Source of the DNA: Octopus vulgaris
Taxonomy: Eukaryota
Assembly: GCA_951406725.2 (NCBI GenBank)
Contig: OX597827.1
Location: 60,140,001-60,204,000, forward strand
Direction of reading: 5' to 3'
Length of the DNA: 64,000 nucleotides
Made by a program: the position numbers and the translations under genes. Below, in pieces: positions 12,917-26,395 of this stretch (its first letter is position 1; every line of letters starts with the position of its first letter). The notes beneath the pieces were generated by a model, which was not told the origin of the DNA, did no database searches, and worked only from the letters and a program-made list of their open reading frames with translations.

Positions 12917-13579
12917 CTTATACACGCATATATAATGCTGTCCTTATGTACTAGAGCATTACATTCCAGTAACAGAACAAGCGGCTGCGAGAAACATCGT
13001 TCCTGATCTTAATTTAGACACAAAAGCAATGCACATGATCTTTTGGCAGTCAAGCCATTACATGCTTGCAAAGGCCATGTGCACTACCCTTTGACATTGA
13101 TGCAGTTTATACCCTGGCTGAACTTCTATTGCCATTTTCGTTCTTTGTTTCTCACTCTGTGAGAAAAAAATATATCTGCCAGAGAAAGTTCAATCATAAC
13201 AAATGCATTTTGTTAGCGGAGTAAAGATGTATTGTTGAAAATGTTGAGAAATATTTTTCAAAAATAAAAATATGAAATTGTGTATTAATATTTCATGCAT
13301 ATTCACGTGTAGAATAAGATGTTAAATAACAAGCAATACACGTGATGATTCGAGAAAGCATTGCTTTGAAATTGCTTTAATTTGAATGAATTTATCTATC
13401 TTATTTACATAATAATGGAATTTACGATGTTTATGCTCATGAAACAGCTGTAGGGCACAATTAACGTATGAGCAACTTGTATAATATATGCTTTTATGCT
13501 GTTTTGTTCTTAATATTTTGCTCTTAAAAATCCTTTTTAGCCGATTGTCTCTATGAGACTATAAATTCGATAATATATG

Positions 13580-13661
<82 letters not shown>

Positions 13662-13804
13662 CAGGCATACATATAAGCATATGTAAACACACACACATAC
13701 ATACACACATATATATCCCTTGTACAAACGAATCGGAGGAGTGTGTTATGAACACATCGTCGTCGTTAGGAGATTCCATTCTCCTGTGAAAACTCAACAA
13801 CTAC

Positions 13805-13875
<71 letters not shown>

Positions 13876-14077
13876 CGTTATTATCATTATTATTCAGATC
13901 ACTGCCTAGAATCGAAATCGGAAACTTGGGGTTAGTAGTCCGCGTCCTTAACCACTACGCCATATGAAGCCAAAACGTTGTGCAACAAAAGCTACAATTT
14001 CTACAGAAAGAGCAACAGGTAGGTAGACGGACAGGTAGACGGACAAACAGACAGACAGACAAACAGATTGATAGATA

Positions 14078-14283
14078 GTAGTGGGTAGTAAAGAAATAGG
14101 TATTTCGTCTGCCGCTACGTTCTGAGTTCAAATTCCGCTGAGGTCGACTTTGCCTTTCATCCTTTCGGGGTCGATAAATTAAGTACCAGTCACGCATTGG
14201 GGTCGATGTAATCGACTTAATCCCTTTGTCTGTCCTTGTTTTTCCCCCTCTATGTTTAGCCCCTTGTGGACAATAAAGAAACA
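14078..14283 (+). mobile_element. SINE B (tail stub followed by a headless copy)
   Basis: Junction GTAAAGAAATA|GGTATTTCG, then the full body and tail. Confidence 0.88.
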
Positions 14284-14939
14284 AGTATTACTATGAACGT
14301 GAAAAAGAAGGATATTATACGTATTCGTGCTGGTCAGTTTTCAGATTTTGAAAGCAGACAATCATTCAAAGTGATCCAGAAATAAAGGGTTACAAAATAT
14401 TCGATTATATTGGGCCCATCCTTTTAATATCATCAAAACAAATAAAGAGCCACCGTACTTGATGTAAATCACGCTGAACAGTGGAAAAGGTTAACGTAGA
14501 TCTGGTCCGTAATTATATTGGGGAAATTCTAAACTGGTGATACGGAGGAATATGATATTCCCGCTATATGGATATCTTAATTGGCTAATGAGCTGTATAC
14601 ATGTGTGCATGTGTGTATGTATACGTGTATATGTGTATGTGCATGTGTGTGTGTGTGTGCGCGCGCGCGTGTGTAATTTATATGCGTGTGTGTATCTGTA
14701 TGTATATAGGTGTTTATATTATGCATGTATGTATGTTGGTATGTATATATGTATGTTGGTTGGTATGTATGTTGGTATGTATATATATGGTTTAGCAAAG
14801 TGTGTATATGTATATAGATAGATAGATATATAGACACATATATGAATATATATGTATGTATTTGTGAGTGTGTGTGTGTGTGTGTGTTTGTATACGCACA
14901 CAAACACAAATGCTTACATACACACAGATACATAGTAGT

Positions 14940-15024
<85 letters not shown>

Positions 15025-15313
15025 TTAAAAGGGATGACTTGTAAGTCTCCATTATATTTTATATGTTTTCATTTGTCTTGCTCGCTTACGTCCTGGCGTT
15101 TGCGAAATTTTCTTGAGAACATTCCTTTCTTAGTGGTACGACCATAGCGGATCTCCTTCTAGCATAATGGATGTCCGCATAGTTGTCATCCACTTATATG
15201 TATGTAATATAATTATTTGTGAATCTTCAGATTCTTCAATATGCTAGACCACTGGTTTTAAATTGATATTAATCAAATACTCAATTTTTCACCCTTATTA
15301 TTTTAAATTTAGG

Positions 15314-15383
<70 letters not shown>

Positions 15384-15592
15384 TAATTACATTGTATGTA
15401 TGAGTGTAAATATTTTGTGTATATCTGTATGTAATAACTGAAAGAAACGGTGGTCCATATAGTCCAGTTGATATTTTTACTATATATACATTTGTAAGTA
15501 GATATACATACGTACATACACACACATAACTGTAACCGCACGTGCACCGTTTGCGATTTTCCCTTATTTTTCTTTCTTTCTCTTTGAACTTT

Positions 15593-15632
15593 CCTGTCTC
15601 TGACGAAGAGCTATACTCGAAACGTTAACAGT
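15593..15632 (+). ncRNA. Minimal hammerhead-like motif in a Penelope-like pLTR fragment
   Basis: CUGACGA-A-GAG(CUAUA)CUC-GAAAC-GUUA, with palindromic AACGUU stem III and a weak CUGU/ACAG stem I. Related remnants at about 17160-17310 and 50190-50280 (-). Confidence 0.5.
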
Positions 15633-15679
15633 AACTCTCTCCCTTCACTGAGCGTCAAATTAATATATTTCATGTGCAC

Positions 15680-17041
15680 GTTTTGAATTTGTTTACGTGA
15701 AAGTTCGTTTACTAAATATTAGTAAGAATATCTGCAGTGTACTTTGTTAATATAATGCCACTTACTCCGTTACCAATTCGTCAGCAGATTATTAAGCTTC
15801 GAAAGAAGGATAATTTAAGTATTGGGTCTATTGCAAAGATTGTTAACAAGTCAAAAAGTGTTGTTCACGGTATTCTTAAGGTCTTCAATGATTGTGGTTC
15901 GTGTGAAGCAAGAAAGTCTACAGGTAGGCCAAGAAAAACGACCAAGAGAGAAGATTGTGCTATGGTAAAGTTGGTTAAAAAGGACAGATTTAAAACTGCT
16001 GCTGCTGTTTCTCGGGAAATGAGCATTGTACTGAAGAAAACGTTATCTCGAAAAACTGTGTCTCATCGTTTAGTTGAACATAACCTAAAAGCAAGACCAC
16101 CTGCAGTGAAACCACTGATCAGCTCCAAAAATAAAAAGTGTCGTCTTACCTTCGCAACCGAACATGTGTTGTGGTCTCAAGAAAAATGGCAAACGGTGCA
16201 TTTCAGTGATTAATCTAAGTTTATGTTATTTGGCTCAGATGGGAAAAGGTACGTTCGTTGAAAAGTAGGTGAAAAATTGTCGCCTAAATGCCTTAAGACT
16301 AGTGTTAAATTCGGTGGAGGAAGTGTCATGGTTTGGGGGATGATATCTGGAGATGGTGTGGGCTCTTTGGTGCGATTACACGGAAAGGTAAATGCAGGAG
16401 TTTATAAACAACTTGTAAAAGATCATGTCTTGCCAGTGCTGAGAAATTCAACTAAGCGACCACCCATATTCATGCAGGACAATGCCCCATGTCACAAGGC
16501 TAAGGTGGTCATGAAATTCCTCAAAGCTGAAAAGGTTATTATTATGGATTGGCCTGCTCAAAGCCCAGATCTCAATCCTATTGAAAATGTGTGGAATATT
16601 CTAGGAGAACGTTCGAAAGCCAGAAATCCTAAAACAACCGAGCAATTATGGAATGCCCTTCAGGAAGAATGGAATAAGATCACCTAGCAAGAAATTGAAA
16701 ATTTAATTTCCTCATGCAGTCAAAGATGTCAAAGTGTGATTGAAGCTAAAGGGCTTCACACTAAATATTAAATAATTCCAGTATTCTCTGTCATTTTTGA
16801 TTATTTTGTTGTTTTTTTCAACCGTTCTGATCATTTTGGCCGCCATGGGTTTTGCAGTAAATCACTAAATCATCCATAACTTTTGTATTATCCTCTTAAA
16901 TTACACTAAAATCTCAGACAATAACAATTAATATCGTATTTATTGTCTGTGAAAATTATAGAATATAAAACAACTTTGATAAAAACTTATACCTACTTTT
17001 CTGGCGAAACAATGCCGTTCTCAACATTTTGGCCGCAATTG
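15680..17041 (+). mobile_element. Tc1 DNA transposon; right IR/DR-type end present, left TIR not found
   Basis: Ends ...CCGTTCTCAACATTTTGGCCGCAATTG|TA at 17041. An internal direct repeat CCGTTCTGATCATTTTGGCCGC lies at 16822-16843. Confidence 0.8.
15755..16771 (+). pseudogene. Tc1-family (DD34E) transposase pseudogene, full length, three in-frame stops
   Basis: Single frame from ATG 15755 to TAA 16771. N-terminal HTH with GRPRKT linker, then FSD, KFGGGSVMVWG, MQDNAPCH and WPAQSPDLNPIENVW (34 aa between D and E), ending GLHTKY. Stops at 16211, 16259 and 16685. Confidence 0.95.
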
Positions 17042-17062
17042 TATATATATATATATATATAT

Positions 17063-17140
<78 letters not shown>

Positions 17141-17364
17141 AGAAAAGACAAAGTCAGGTGGTGTAGACAACAAACAAATGTATTAGTTTAACGCTCGGGA
17201 AGTGAAAAAGTCTTCGATGCTCTTCCACAGAAGGGAACACAGCAAAAAACAAGGAGAGAAAATAAAGGATGTGTAGTGGCTAGCGATCTATCATGGCGAA
17301 TGTCGGACAGGAGGTGTCACACAGGAGGACTAGGAAGAAGGGGAGATATATACATACATATATG

Positions 17365-17430
<66 letters not shown>

Positions 17431-17644
17431 GGATTTAAATTACATACATGTGTATGTGTATTTGTGTGTGTGTCTATGTTGTGTGCTTGCTCGCAGAGTT
17501 TGGCAAGAACCTGTGTAGCCATGATTTGACCGTTCTCATCGCGAGCATTCAACACACAGCAAGAATTTATTGGAAATCTCTTCACATAACAGAACATATT
17601 CAGAAACGGACATCTAATATTAAAAGCTCGATAGTATTCATTAT

Positions 17645-18205
17645 TTAGTTCTAATTCCGCTGCAGTCTATTTCGCCGTTATCTTTAGGGGTCGGTGAAAT
17701 AAGTTCCCATCAAGCACTGGGGTCGATATAGTTGACTAGCCTTCTAACACCAAAATTTCAGGCCTTTTGCCTATAGTAGAAAGTAATGCTCAGCGGTATT
17801 TCGCCTGTCTAAGGCGGCGGCTAGCAGAAACGTTAGCACGCCGGGCGAAATGCTTTTCGTCTGCCGCTACTTTCTGAGTTCAAATTCCGCCGAGGTCGAC
17901 TTTGCCTTTCATCCTTTCGGGGTCGATTAAACAAGTACCAGTTACGCACTGGGGTCGATGTAATCGACTTAATCCCTTTGTCTGTCCTTCTTTGTCCCCT
18001 CTGTGTTTAGCCCCTTGTGGGCAGTAAAGAAATAGGCATTTCGCCTGTCTTTTACGTTTTGAGTTCAAATTCCGCCAAGGTCGACTTTGCCTTTCATCCT
18101 TTCGCGTCCGATAAAATAAGTACCAGTTAAACACTGGGGTCGATGTTATCGACGTAACCCTACGCCTGAAATTGCTGGCCTTGTACCAAACTGTAAAACC
18201 ACCAT
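17645..18205 (+). mobile_element. Cluster of three SINE B copies, one nested in another
   Basis: The inner copy at about 17811-18033 is flanked by a GGYATTTCGCCTGTCT duplication. Confidence 0.88.
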
Positions 18206-18818
18206 CATCATCATCATTATTGAGGATGTTTGGTAAGGCGGTGCTCCAGTATGGCCACAGTCAAATGACTGAAACAAGTAAAAGAATTAATAGGATAAAA
18301 GAATAAAAGAATCCAAATTTCAGAATATGGCTTCAAATATATTTTTCGGCGGGTGTGGTTATTTTTATTTTATTTTTTTTCAATTTTGCTTCCTCTCTTC
18401 TGATGTTATATTAAATGATTGTGTTATCAATAACCTATTTCCGCTTTAATTTTATGTTTATGATATGAGTGAGGTGGTGCGACGGTGTGTGATGATGTGT
18501 TGTAGTATTTGATCATGATTCAAACCAGTGTGATTGTGTGGTGAGATGGTTTTTGATCGAATGTTTTGTAACAAAACATGTCCATCCTACGTCTCGCTTT
18601 TCATATGACTTTAGATGTAAAGAAATGCGTCGTGGGAGTTTTAGAAGAAATGCGCTCACGCCATTAAACTCATCAACCGGATGTGGAGGTCTTTTCAATT
18701 TTGCATGTATCAAAGAAATGTTTGCGACTAATATCAAAAACATATACATACACAAATACATACATATACATACATGCATGCATACATACATATACATACA
18801 TGCAAATATATACATACA

Positions 18819-18894
<76 letters not shown>

Positions 18895-19001
18895 GTGTGT
18901 CAGTGTGTATGTATATATATACACACACACTCATGTAAATGTATATATGCATACATACACGTATAAATGTGTATGTGTATATGTGTGTGTGTGTATAAAT
19001 G

Positions 19002-19061
<60 letters not shown>

Positions 19062-19063
<2 letters not shown>

Positions 19064-19353
19064 CGAGATGGCAGAATTGGTAGCGCGCCGGACGAAATGA
19101 TTAGCGGTATTTCGACCATCGCTACTTTCTGAGTTCAAATTCCGCAGAGGAAACATAGAAGGAACAAACAAGGAGAGACAAACGGATTAAGCCGATTACA
19201 TCGACCCCAGTGCATAACTGGTACTAATTTAATCGACCCCGAAAGGATGAAAAGCAAAGTCGACCTCGGCGGAATTTGAACTCAGAACGTAACGGCAGAC
19301 GAAATACGGCTACGCATTTCGCCCGGCGTGCTAACGTCTATGCCAGTTTGCCG
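19062..19353. mobile_element. SINE B head (+) abutting a full SINE B (-)
   Basis: Opposed copies form an inverted repeat. Confidence 0.85.
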
Positions 19354-19753
19354 TCTATATACAAGCCATAGTGTCATGCGGTGAACTCGACATTCTGGTT
19401 TCGAATCCTGCTAGATACTCCTGGTTTTCGGATTACTTTTTTTTCTTCCGTGTTTTATAAGTCAGTTAAATGTGTCTGCATCTACATTTAATTTAAAAAT
19501 ACAACAATAACAGCAACAACAACAACAAATGAACCAAAGAGGGAACTTCTATGTTATTTGTGCCAATACATCCATATGCTGACCAAATATGTAGAAGTAA
19601 CATTTAACTACTTATCTAGATATAATAGGTATATTAATAATACGAATTTGGAATACTGACGACATTGATTAAATAACTTTGTACTGGAAAAAAATTCAAC
19701 TATCGAGCACATATATAGATATCATTGTTAGTAATATAGATATAATTGTTGTA

Positions 19754-19916
19754 GGCGTAGGAGTGGCTGTGTGGTAAGTAGCTTGCTTACGAACGATATG
19801 GTTCCGGGTTCAGTCCCACTGCATGGCACCTTGGGCAAGTGTCTTCCACTATAACCTTGGGCCGACCAAAGCCTTGTGAGTGGATTTGGTAGACGGAAAC
19901 TGAAATAAGACCGTCG

Positions 19917-20000
<84 letters not shown>

Positions 20001-20140
20001 CGTAACTTAGCGGTTCGGCAAAAGAGATCGATAGAATAAGTACTAGGCTTACAAAGAATAAGTCCTGGAGTCGATGTGCTCGACTAAAAGGCGGTGCTCC
20101 AGTATGGCCACAGTCAACTGACTGAAACAAGTAAAAGAAT
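19754..20140 (+). mobile_element. SINE A, full length
   Basis: Homology to 8544-8984. Confidence 0.9.
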
Positions 20141-20262
20141 AATATATAAAATATATCATAAATCTGATCACAAGTAATTCAAAATTCAGCTATTGATTAC
20201 ATTGTGATTAAATGTCAGGATTAATAAAAAAATAAAAAATAAAAAAACAAAGGATAAATTCT

Positions 20263-20505
20263 CTTCCTGAGTCATAGAGATACATAAGAGCCGGTTTCCC
20301 GGTTTCCATGGCCTATATATATTCATCACCTGGATGGGACGCCCGTCTGTCACAGGATTACTCATTTTTGCCAACAAGGTGAAATGGAGCAACATGAAAT
20401 GAAGTGTTTTGCTCAAGAACACAACACATTACCCAGTCCGGGAATCGAAACCACAATCGTATGATCATGAGTCCAACACCCAAACCATTAAGCCATGCGC
20501 CTCCA
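20263..20505 (-). mobile_element. SINE family E (tRNA head, CORE-like block, distinct 3' part)
   Basis: Head and CORE-like block as in family D, then CCTGTGACAGACGGGCGTCCCATCCAGG, which resembles V-SINE-type blocks (from recall). Confidence 0.75.
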
Positions 20506-20507
20506 CA

Positions 20508-20953
20508 AATAATAAGCTAGGAATACAAAATTCAAAACCGTGGTTAAATAATAAGTTAGTACAAAATTCAATTATTGACCACAATGTGATTAAATAAGCT
20601 AGTGGTAAAAAATTTAACCACATTGTAGTTATATTATAAGTTAGTAGTACAAAATTCAAATATTGATTATATGATGGTTATATAAGTCAGTAATACAAAA
20701 TTCAAATATTGACCGCATTGTGGTTAAATAACAAGTTAGTACTGCAAAATTCATCTTTTGACCCTATTGTGGTTAAGTAATAAATTAGTGGTAAAAAATT
20801 TAATTATCGACTATAGCATGGATAAATAATGAGTTAGTACAACTACTGATCTCATTGCGGTTAACTAATTAGTTAGTTGTGAAAAATCCAGCCATTGACC
20901 ACGTTTTGGTTAACTAATAAGTTAGTAGCGCAAAATTCAACATTTGACCACAT
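20508..20953. repeat. Degenerate minisatellite, about 10 units of 40-50 bp
   Basis: Consensus approximately AATAAGTTAGTAGTACAAAATTCAAATATTGACCACATTGTGGTTAAAT. Confidence 0.85.
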
Positions 20954-21465
20954 ATATAGATATAATAATCAGAAATATAAAATATATTTAAGTATTCACA
21001 ACATACGCTAATGAAAAGATCGCTTTTGTTTTTGTTCATTAACAATCTTGTTAACCGATGGTTAAATATTTAAATATTTTTTTCTTATTATGTAACGTAA
21101 ATAAAGTAGGCGTGACCCAATCAATCTAGCGTTGTATACTTGTTTATGAAAAGGGCGTATAATGCAATGTACAAGCCCATCACGTAGAGTGTAGACCAAT
21201 TAAAAGATATTTATATGAAAATTGGTACGCCCCATGAAGTGTGGGGTGGTGCACGAAGAACATAGATGCAATGGCGTAAAATTTGATACTCACACTTGAG
21301 AGAATATTGCACAAATAAAAACCAATATAAAATCCATATATTGGATTTTCTTCAGTTCAACAGTGAAGCCATCTATCTTTCACTCTATCCTTCGTTGTAT
21401 ATGTGCGTATATATACACACATACACGCACGTATATACATTTATATGTATGTATGTACACGTCTG

Positions 21466-21538
<73 letters not shown>

Positions 21539-21743
21539 GTGTGTGTGCGTATATGTATATATGTATGTGTGTGTATGTATGTGTGTATATATATATGTAT
21601 ACATGCATACATACATACATACACATATACATAAAATATATACATATATATGCATATAGAGACAGTGAGAAATATAGACATATACATATATATTACACAC
21701 ACACACATATATGCATACATAGATACATATATGTATTTATATG

Positions 21744-21810
<67 letters not shown>

Positions 21811-21978
21811 GTGTGTGTGTTTATATAAGTATATATATACATATATATATATATATTTATATATACATATACATTTGTATGTGTCTCCAACTATCCACAT
21901 ATCTATCCTACTAGATGTGTATGCACCAGTATAACTATCTATCTATCCATCCATCCATCCATCTATCTACCTATCTAC

Positions 21979-22031
<53 letters not shown>

Positions 22032-22036
22032 CATCC

Positions 22037-22100
<64 letters not shown>

Positions 22101-22404
22101 CTCCACCCATCCCTCTATTTATCTACCAATATATCCCTGCTGTCTACGAATCTATATGGCTGTCCGTTAGGCTATTATTCTATTATTCTATCTTTCTATG
22201 CCATAATTATCCCATAATTACATTTAATCCTCGGTTCTCTTAAACCGTAGTCGAGAGGGAAGGCCAGCATGAAGAATATGCAATTAAACTCTTTGAAATA
22301 GAAAGAAAAAAAACGTAAACAAGTAAATAAATAACGGCATAAAAGATACGCCAAATGTCTTTTTCACAGTTAAACATAAAGACTTCACACCATGTCTTTT
22401 AGTA

Positions 22405-23050
22405 TTGTTGATGGTGTTGTAGCTGGTGGCGGTGGTGGTGCTCGTACTGGGGCTGGTGGAGGTGACGGCAGCGGCGGCGGCAGCGGCGATGGTGACGGTG
22501 GTGGTGCTTTTTGGTGATGGTGCTTTTTGGTGGTGGCGATGATGATGGTGATGGTGGTGGAGGTGGTGGTGGTTTTGGGGGAAGGTGGTTTTGGTGATAA
22601 TGGTGGCGGTGGTGGCGGTGGTGGTGGCGGTGATGGTGGTGGTGGTGATGGTAGTGAAGGTGATGGTGGTGGTGATGGTAGTGAAGGTGATGGTGGTGGT
22701 GATGGTAGTGAAGGTGATGGTAGTGAAGGTGATGGTGGTGGTGATGGTAGTGAAGGTGGTGATGGTAGTGAAGGTGGTGATGGTGGTGATGGTAGTGAAA
22801 TTGGTGACGGTGGCGGCGGCGGTGGTGGTGGCGGTGATGGTGGTGGTGGTGGTAGTGGTGGTGGTGATGGTTGTTGTGGTGGTTCTGGCGGTAACAGTGG
22901 TAATGATGGCGGAGGTGGCTGTGGCAGTTATGATAGCTGCTGTTGCTGTTGTAGCGGTGTGGTGGTGCTGGTGGTGGTGATAGTAGTGGTGGTTGTGGTG
23001 GGTGTGGTTGTTGCTATTGTCGCGGTGGTGGTGGGAAGGTGGTGGTTCCA
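22405..23050. repeat. (GGT)n-derived compound triplet repeat with higher-order GGTGATGGTAGTGAA units
   Basis: Direct reading of the sequence. Confidence 0.9.
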
Positions 23051-23244
23051 TCCCTTCATTCATGTTGAAGCAGTAATTCACACTTCATCAATAAGGCGAA
23101 AAGCAATGATTATCGCCATAAGGACAAACGCTGCCGCCATCACCGCCACAACCACTGCAAGTATCACCACTACCACAAGCACTACCACCAACAAGACCGC
23201 TACTACCATCAAGAACAACAGGAATGGTTACAACACCAACAAAA

Positions 23245-23440
23245 GTGGAGGCACAATGGCCCAGTGGTTAGGGCAGCGGACTCGCGGTCGTAAGAACGCG
23301 GTTTCGATTCCCAGATCGGACATAGTAAATGTTTATTGAGCAAAACACCTAAGTTCCACGAGGTTCCGGTGGTGGTGATGGTGGGGGGGACCCCGCTGTA
23401 CTCTTTCACCACAACTTTCTCTCACTCTTTCTTCCTACTT
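23245..23440 (+). mobile_element. SINE C 5' part
   Basis: Matches 7076-7265. Confidence 0.85.
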
Positions 23441-23444
23441 CTGC

Positions 23445-23731
23445 CACAAAAGCAGAGGAACCATGGTGTAACCCACTATGGTGTGGTAAACTTTCAGACC
23501 CTAATGTAGATTGCGAATCCTCTGTACCCCAGGATGGTTCAGCTCTCCACCCGTTAAAAGCCACCATTTACGGAATGAGGATAACAACGTAGCTTTCGCG
23601 CCCGTGCAACCGCCAGTCTATCACGTGTGGTGTGTGGATCTTCAAGTTGCCACACGCATTCTTAGTAGCTTAGAGTAGCCCCGAATGAGAGATTATTCTT
23701 TGTGGCTAATAGCGTGAGTCCTGATTAGAAG

Positions 23732-23760
<29 letters not shown>
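23445..23760 (+). mobile_element. Unclassified retroposon 3' end with a (GAA)n tail
   Basis: The terminal 80 bp (TTAGTAGCTTAGAGTAG...GAGATTATTCTTTGTGG...GCGTGAGTCCTGATT(R)GAAGAAG) recurs inverted at 28897-28977. Confidence 0.65.
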
Positions 23761-23762
<2 letters not shown>

Positions 23763-23769
23763 GTGTTAC

Positions 23770-24095
23770 TAGTACTTAATTTATCGACCCTGAAAGGATG
23801 AAAGGCAAAATCGACCTGGGCGGAATTTGAACTCACAACGTTGCCACAGGCGAAATACCTTATTTCTTTACTACCCATAAGGGGCTAAACACAGAGAGGA
23901 CAAACAAGGACAGACAAACGGATTAAGTCGATTATATCGACACCAGTACGTAACTGGTACTTATTTAATCGACACCGAAAGGATGAAAGGCAAAGTCGAC
24001 CTCGGCGGAATTTGAACTCAGAACGTAGCGGCAGACGAAGTACCGCTAAGCATTTCGTCCAGCATGCTAACGATTGGCATGCTAACGCCGCCTTG
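23770..24095 (-). mobile_element. SINE B tandem pair
   Basis: Junction (reverse complement) GTAAAGAAATAA|GGTATTTCGC. Confidence 0.87.
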
Positions 24096-24119
24096 GTAAC
24101 AATAATAATAATAATCCTT

Positions 24120-24502
24120 TCTGCTATGCTATCATTATCATTCCTGTGACAGCAGGTCTTGTTTTAGTGTTGAGAATCCACATTTTGCCAATTTCTATTT
24201 CAAAATCTTTATACTTGCTCAGGTTTTGGTAGGTCTTAGATACATTTATGTCGGTTGGGACAGTCATATCGATGAGGAGGTATGTTTGTTGTCTGAAATC
24301 CTTCAATGTAATGTCCAACATATTTGCATTTATCTTTCTGTCAGCTTGGACAGTAAAATTGCAAAAGGAGTGATATGTGATCATTTTCAAGCGCTGGAGG
24401 TGGTTTGTGTTCCCACCATTTTTTATCATGGGGCGGGTCCAAGTCTTTGCAAATTACCCAGTTAATATACTGTGCTGCTGAGATATTATTATACCTGTTG
24501 CG
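24120..24502 (-). mobile_element. Degenerate R4/Dong RLE-domain fragment, a divergent subfamily
   Basis: Frameshifted YINWVICK..KWWEHKP..NFTVQADRKINANMLDITLKD..LLIDMTVPTD..SKYKDFEIEIGKMW is homologous to the adjacent copy. Confidence 0.85.
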
Positions 24503-24503
24503 A

Positions 24504-24535
<32 letters not shown>

Positions 24536-24536
<1 letters not shown>

Positions 24537-25378
24537 TTTTTTTTTCTTCTTTCAAATTTGCTTCCATTTCTTGCCGAGCGTCTTCCCGACTCCTAGGACA
24601 AAGAAACTCATAGTATACATTGGTAGGCCATTAAACCAAACTCAGTAGTTCGTTCATTTTTTTTTTTTTTTTAAGTTAAATTTAAATATATGAGCAGCAA
24701 CAGTTCTCACATCGACAATGCTCTTCTCAATACGTGTGATGTACCAGTTAAGACAATCTTTTGCACTTCTTGCAGGGATGGTAAGCCAGGGATCATTCTC
24801 ATATAATTTTCGGTTCCCTTCTTGATCATTCCTAGTGCTCCTACGATCACTGGTATTGTAACCGCCTTGAGATGCCACATTTTCTCAATTTCAATGAGTA
24901 GGTCTTTATATTTTCTGAGCTTGTCAAACTCTTTCGCTGAGATATTATGATCACAGGGGATACTCATGTCGATCAATAAGCAAACTTTATTGTTTTGGTC
25001 TTTCACAACAATATCTGGTTTATTGGCCTTGATGGTTCGGTCTGTATGTACTGGAAAGTCCCACAGAATGGTTACATTTTCTCCTTCAGTTACAGCCTCA
25101 GGGTGGTGATTATACCACTTGTCGGCAGTTTTGATATTGTAATGCCGACTTATTAGCCAGTGTAGATATTGGCCAACTCTGTCATGTCTTAATTTATACT
25201 CCACTGGTGCTAAGACTTTACATCCAGAGATTAGGTGGTCCACTGTTTCAATCATGTCGTTGCAGAATCGGCATTTTGGGTCTGCTCCATTTTTCATCAC
25301 ATTGGCCTGGTAGTTCCGGGTTAATAGGCTTTGATCTTGAGCAGCCAGGATGAAACCTTCGCTTTCTGCTTTTAGCCA
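24536..25378 (-). mobile_element. 5'-truncated R4/Dong-clade non-LTR retrotransposon: CCHC knuckle, restriction-like endonuclease and 3' UTR
   Basis: ORF 24707-25300 (open upstream to about 25378, KAESEGFILAAQDQ) contains CRFC..ETVDHLISGC, RHD, KPDIV..LIDMSIP and KLRKY. The 3' UTR ends in an A-run. (TAA)n flanks both sides. Confidence 0.93.
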
Positions 25379-25384
25379 TTATTA

Positions 25385-25950
<566 letters not shown>

Positions 25951-26162
25951 ATCGGTGGTATTGAACAAGGATACCAACAATTATAACAAGAGCAACAGAA
26001 CAATAGGAATAATAGCAGCAACTACACCACCGACAACAACAAACATTATCACTATCACCACCACCTCCGCCGCCGCTGCAGCCGTCGTTGCCGCATCTTG
26101 TATGAATCAACGAGACAACCTCAAAGTCCGCTCTGTCTCTCAGTTTGCTAGAAATTGCAGTT

Positions 26163-26395
26163 AAAGGCGACGAGCTGGCAGAAACGTAAGCACGCTGGGC
26201 GAAATGTTTAGCGGTATTTCGCCTGCCGTTACGTTCTGAGTTCAAATTCCGCCGAAGTCGACTTTGCCTTTCATACTTTCGGGGTCGAGAAATTAAGTAC
26301 CAGTTACGCACTGGGGTCGATGTAATCGACTTAATCCGTTTGTCTGACCTTGTTTGTCCCCTCTGTGTTTAGCCTTTGTGGGCAGTAAAGAAATA
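26163..26395 (+). mobile_element. SINE family B (tRNA head, Meta-like central block, Tx1-like tail), full copy with a 16-bp TSD
   Basis: B-box GAGTTCAAATTC and central GCCTTTCAT.CTTTCGGGGTCGA.AAATTAAGTACCAG. TSD AGAAATTGCAGTTAAA at 26150-26165 and 26396-26411. Confidence 0.92.

Noticed and set aside
12960-13170. Minus-strand GLCKHVMA (SWIM-like) motif behind an acceptor-like site
   Set aside because: Stops flank the motif and the upstream CxC is not in frame, so evidence is insufficient.
20508-20953. CRISPR-like periodicity
   Set aside because: Whole units are degenerate copies with no unique spacers, there are no cas genes, and the context is eukaryotic.
22284-23339. Gly-rich 270-aa (+) and Thr/His-rich 265-aa (-) ORFs resembling structural proteins or mucins
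   Set aside because: Built from (GGT)n repeats open in several frames on both strands, running into a SINE, with no domain or supported splice structure.
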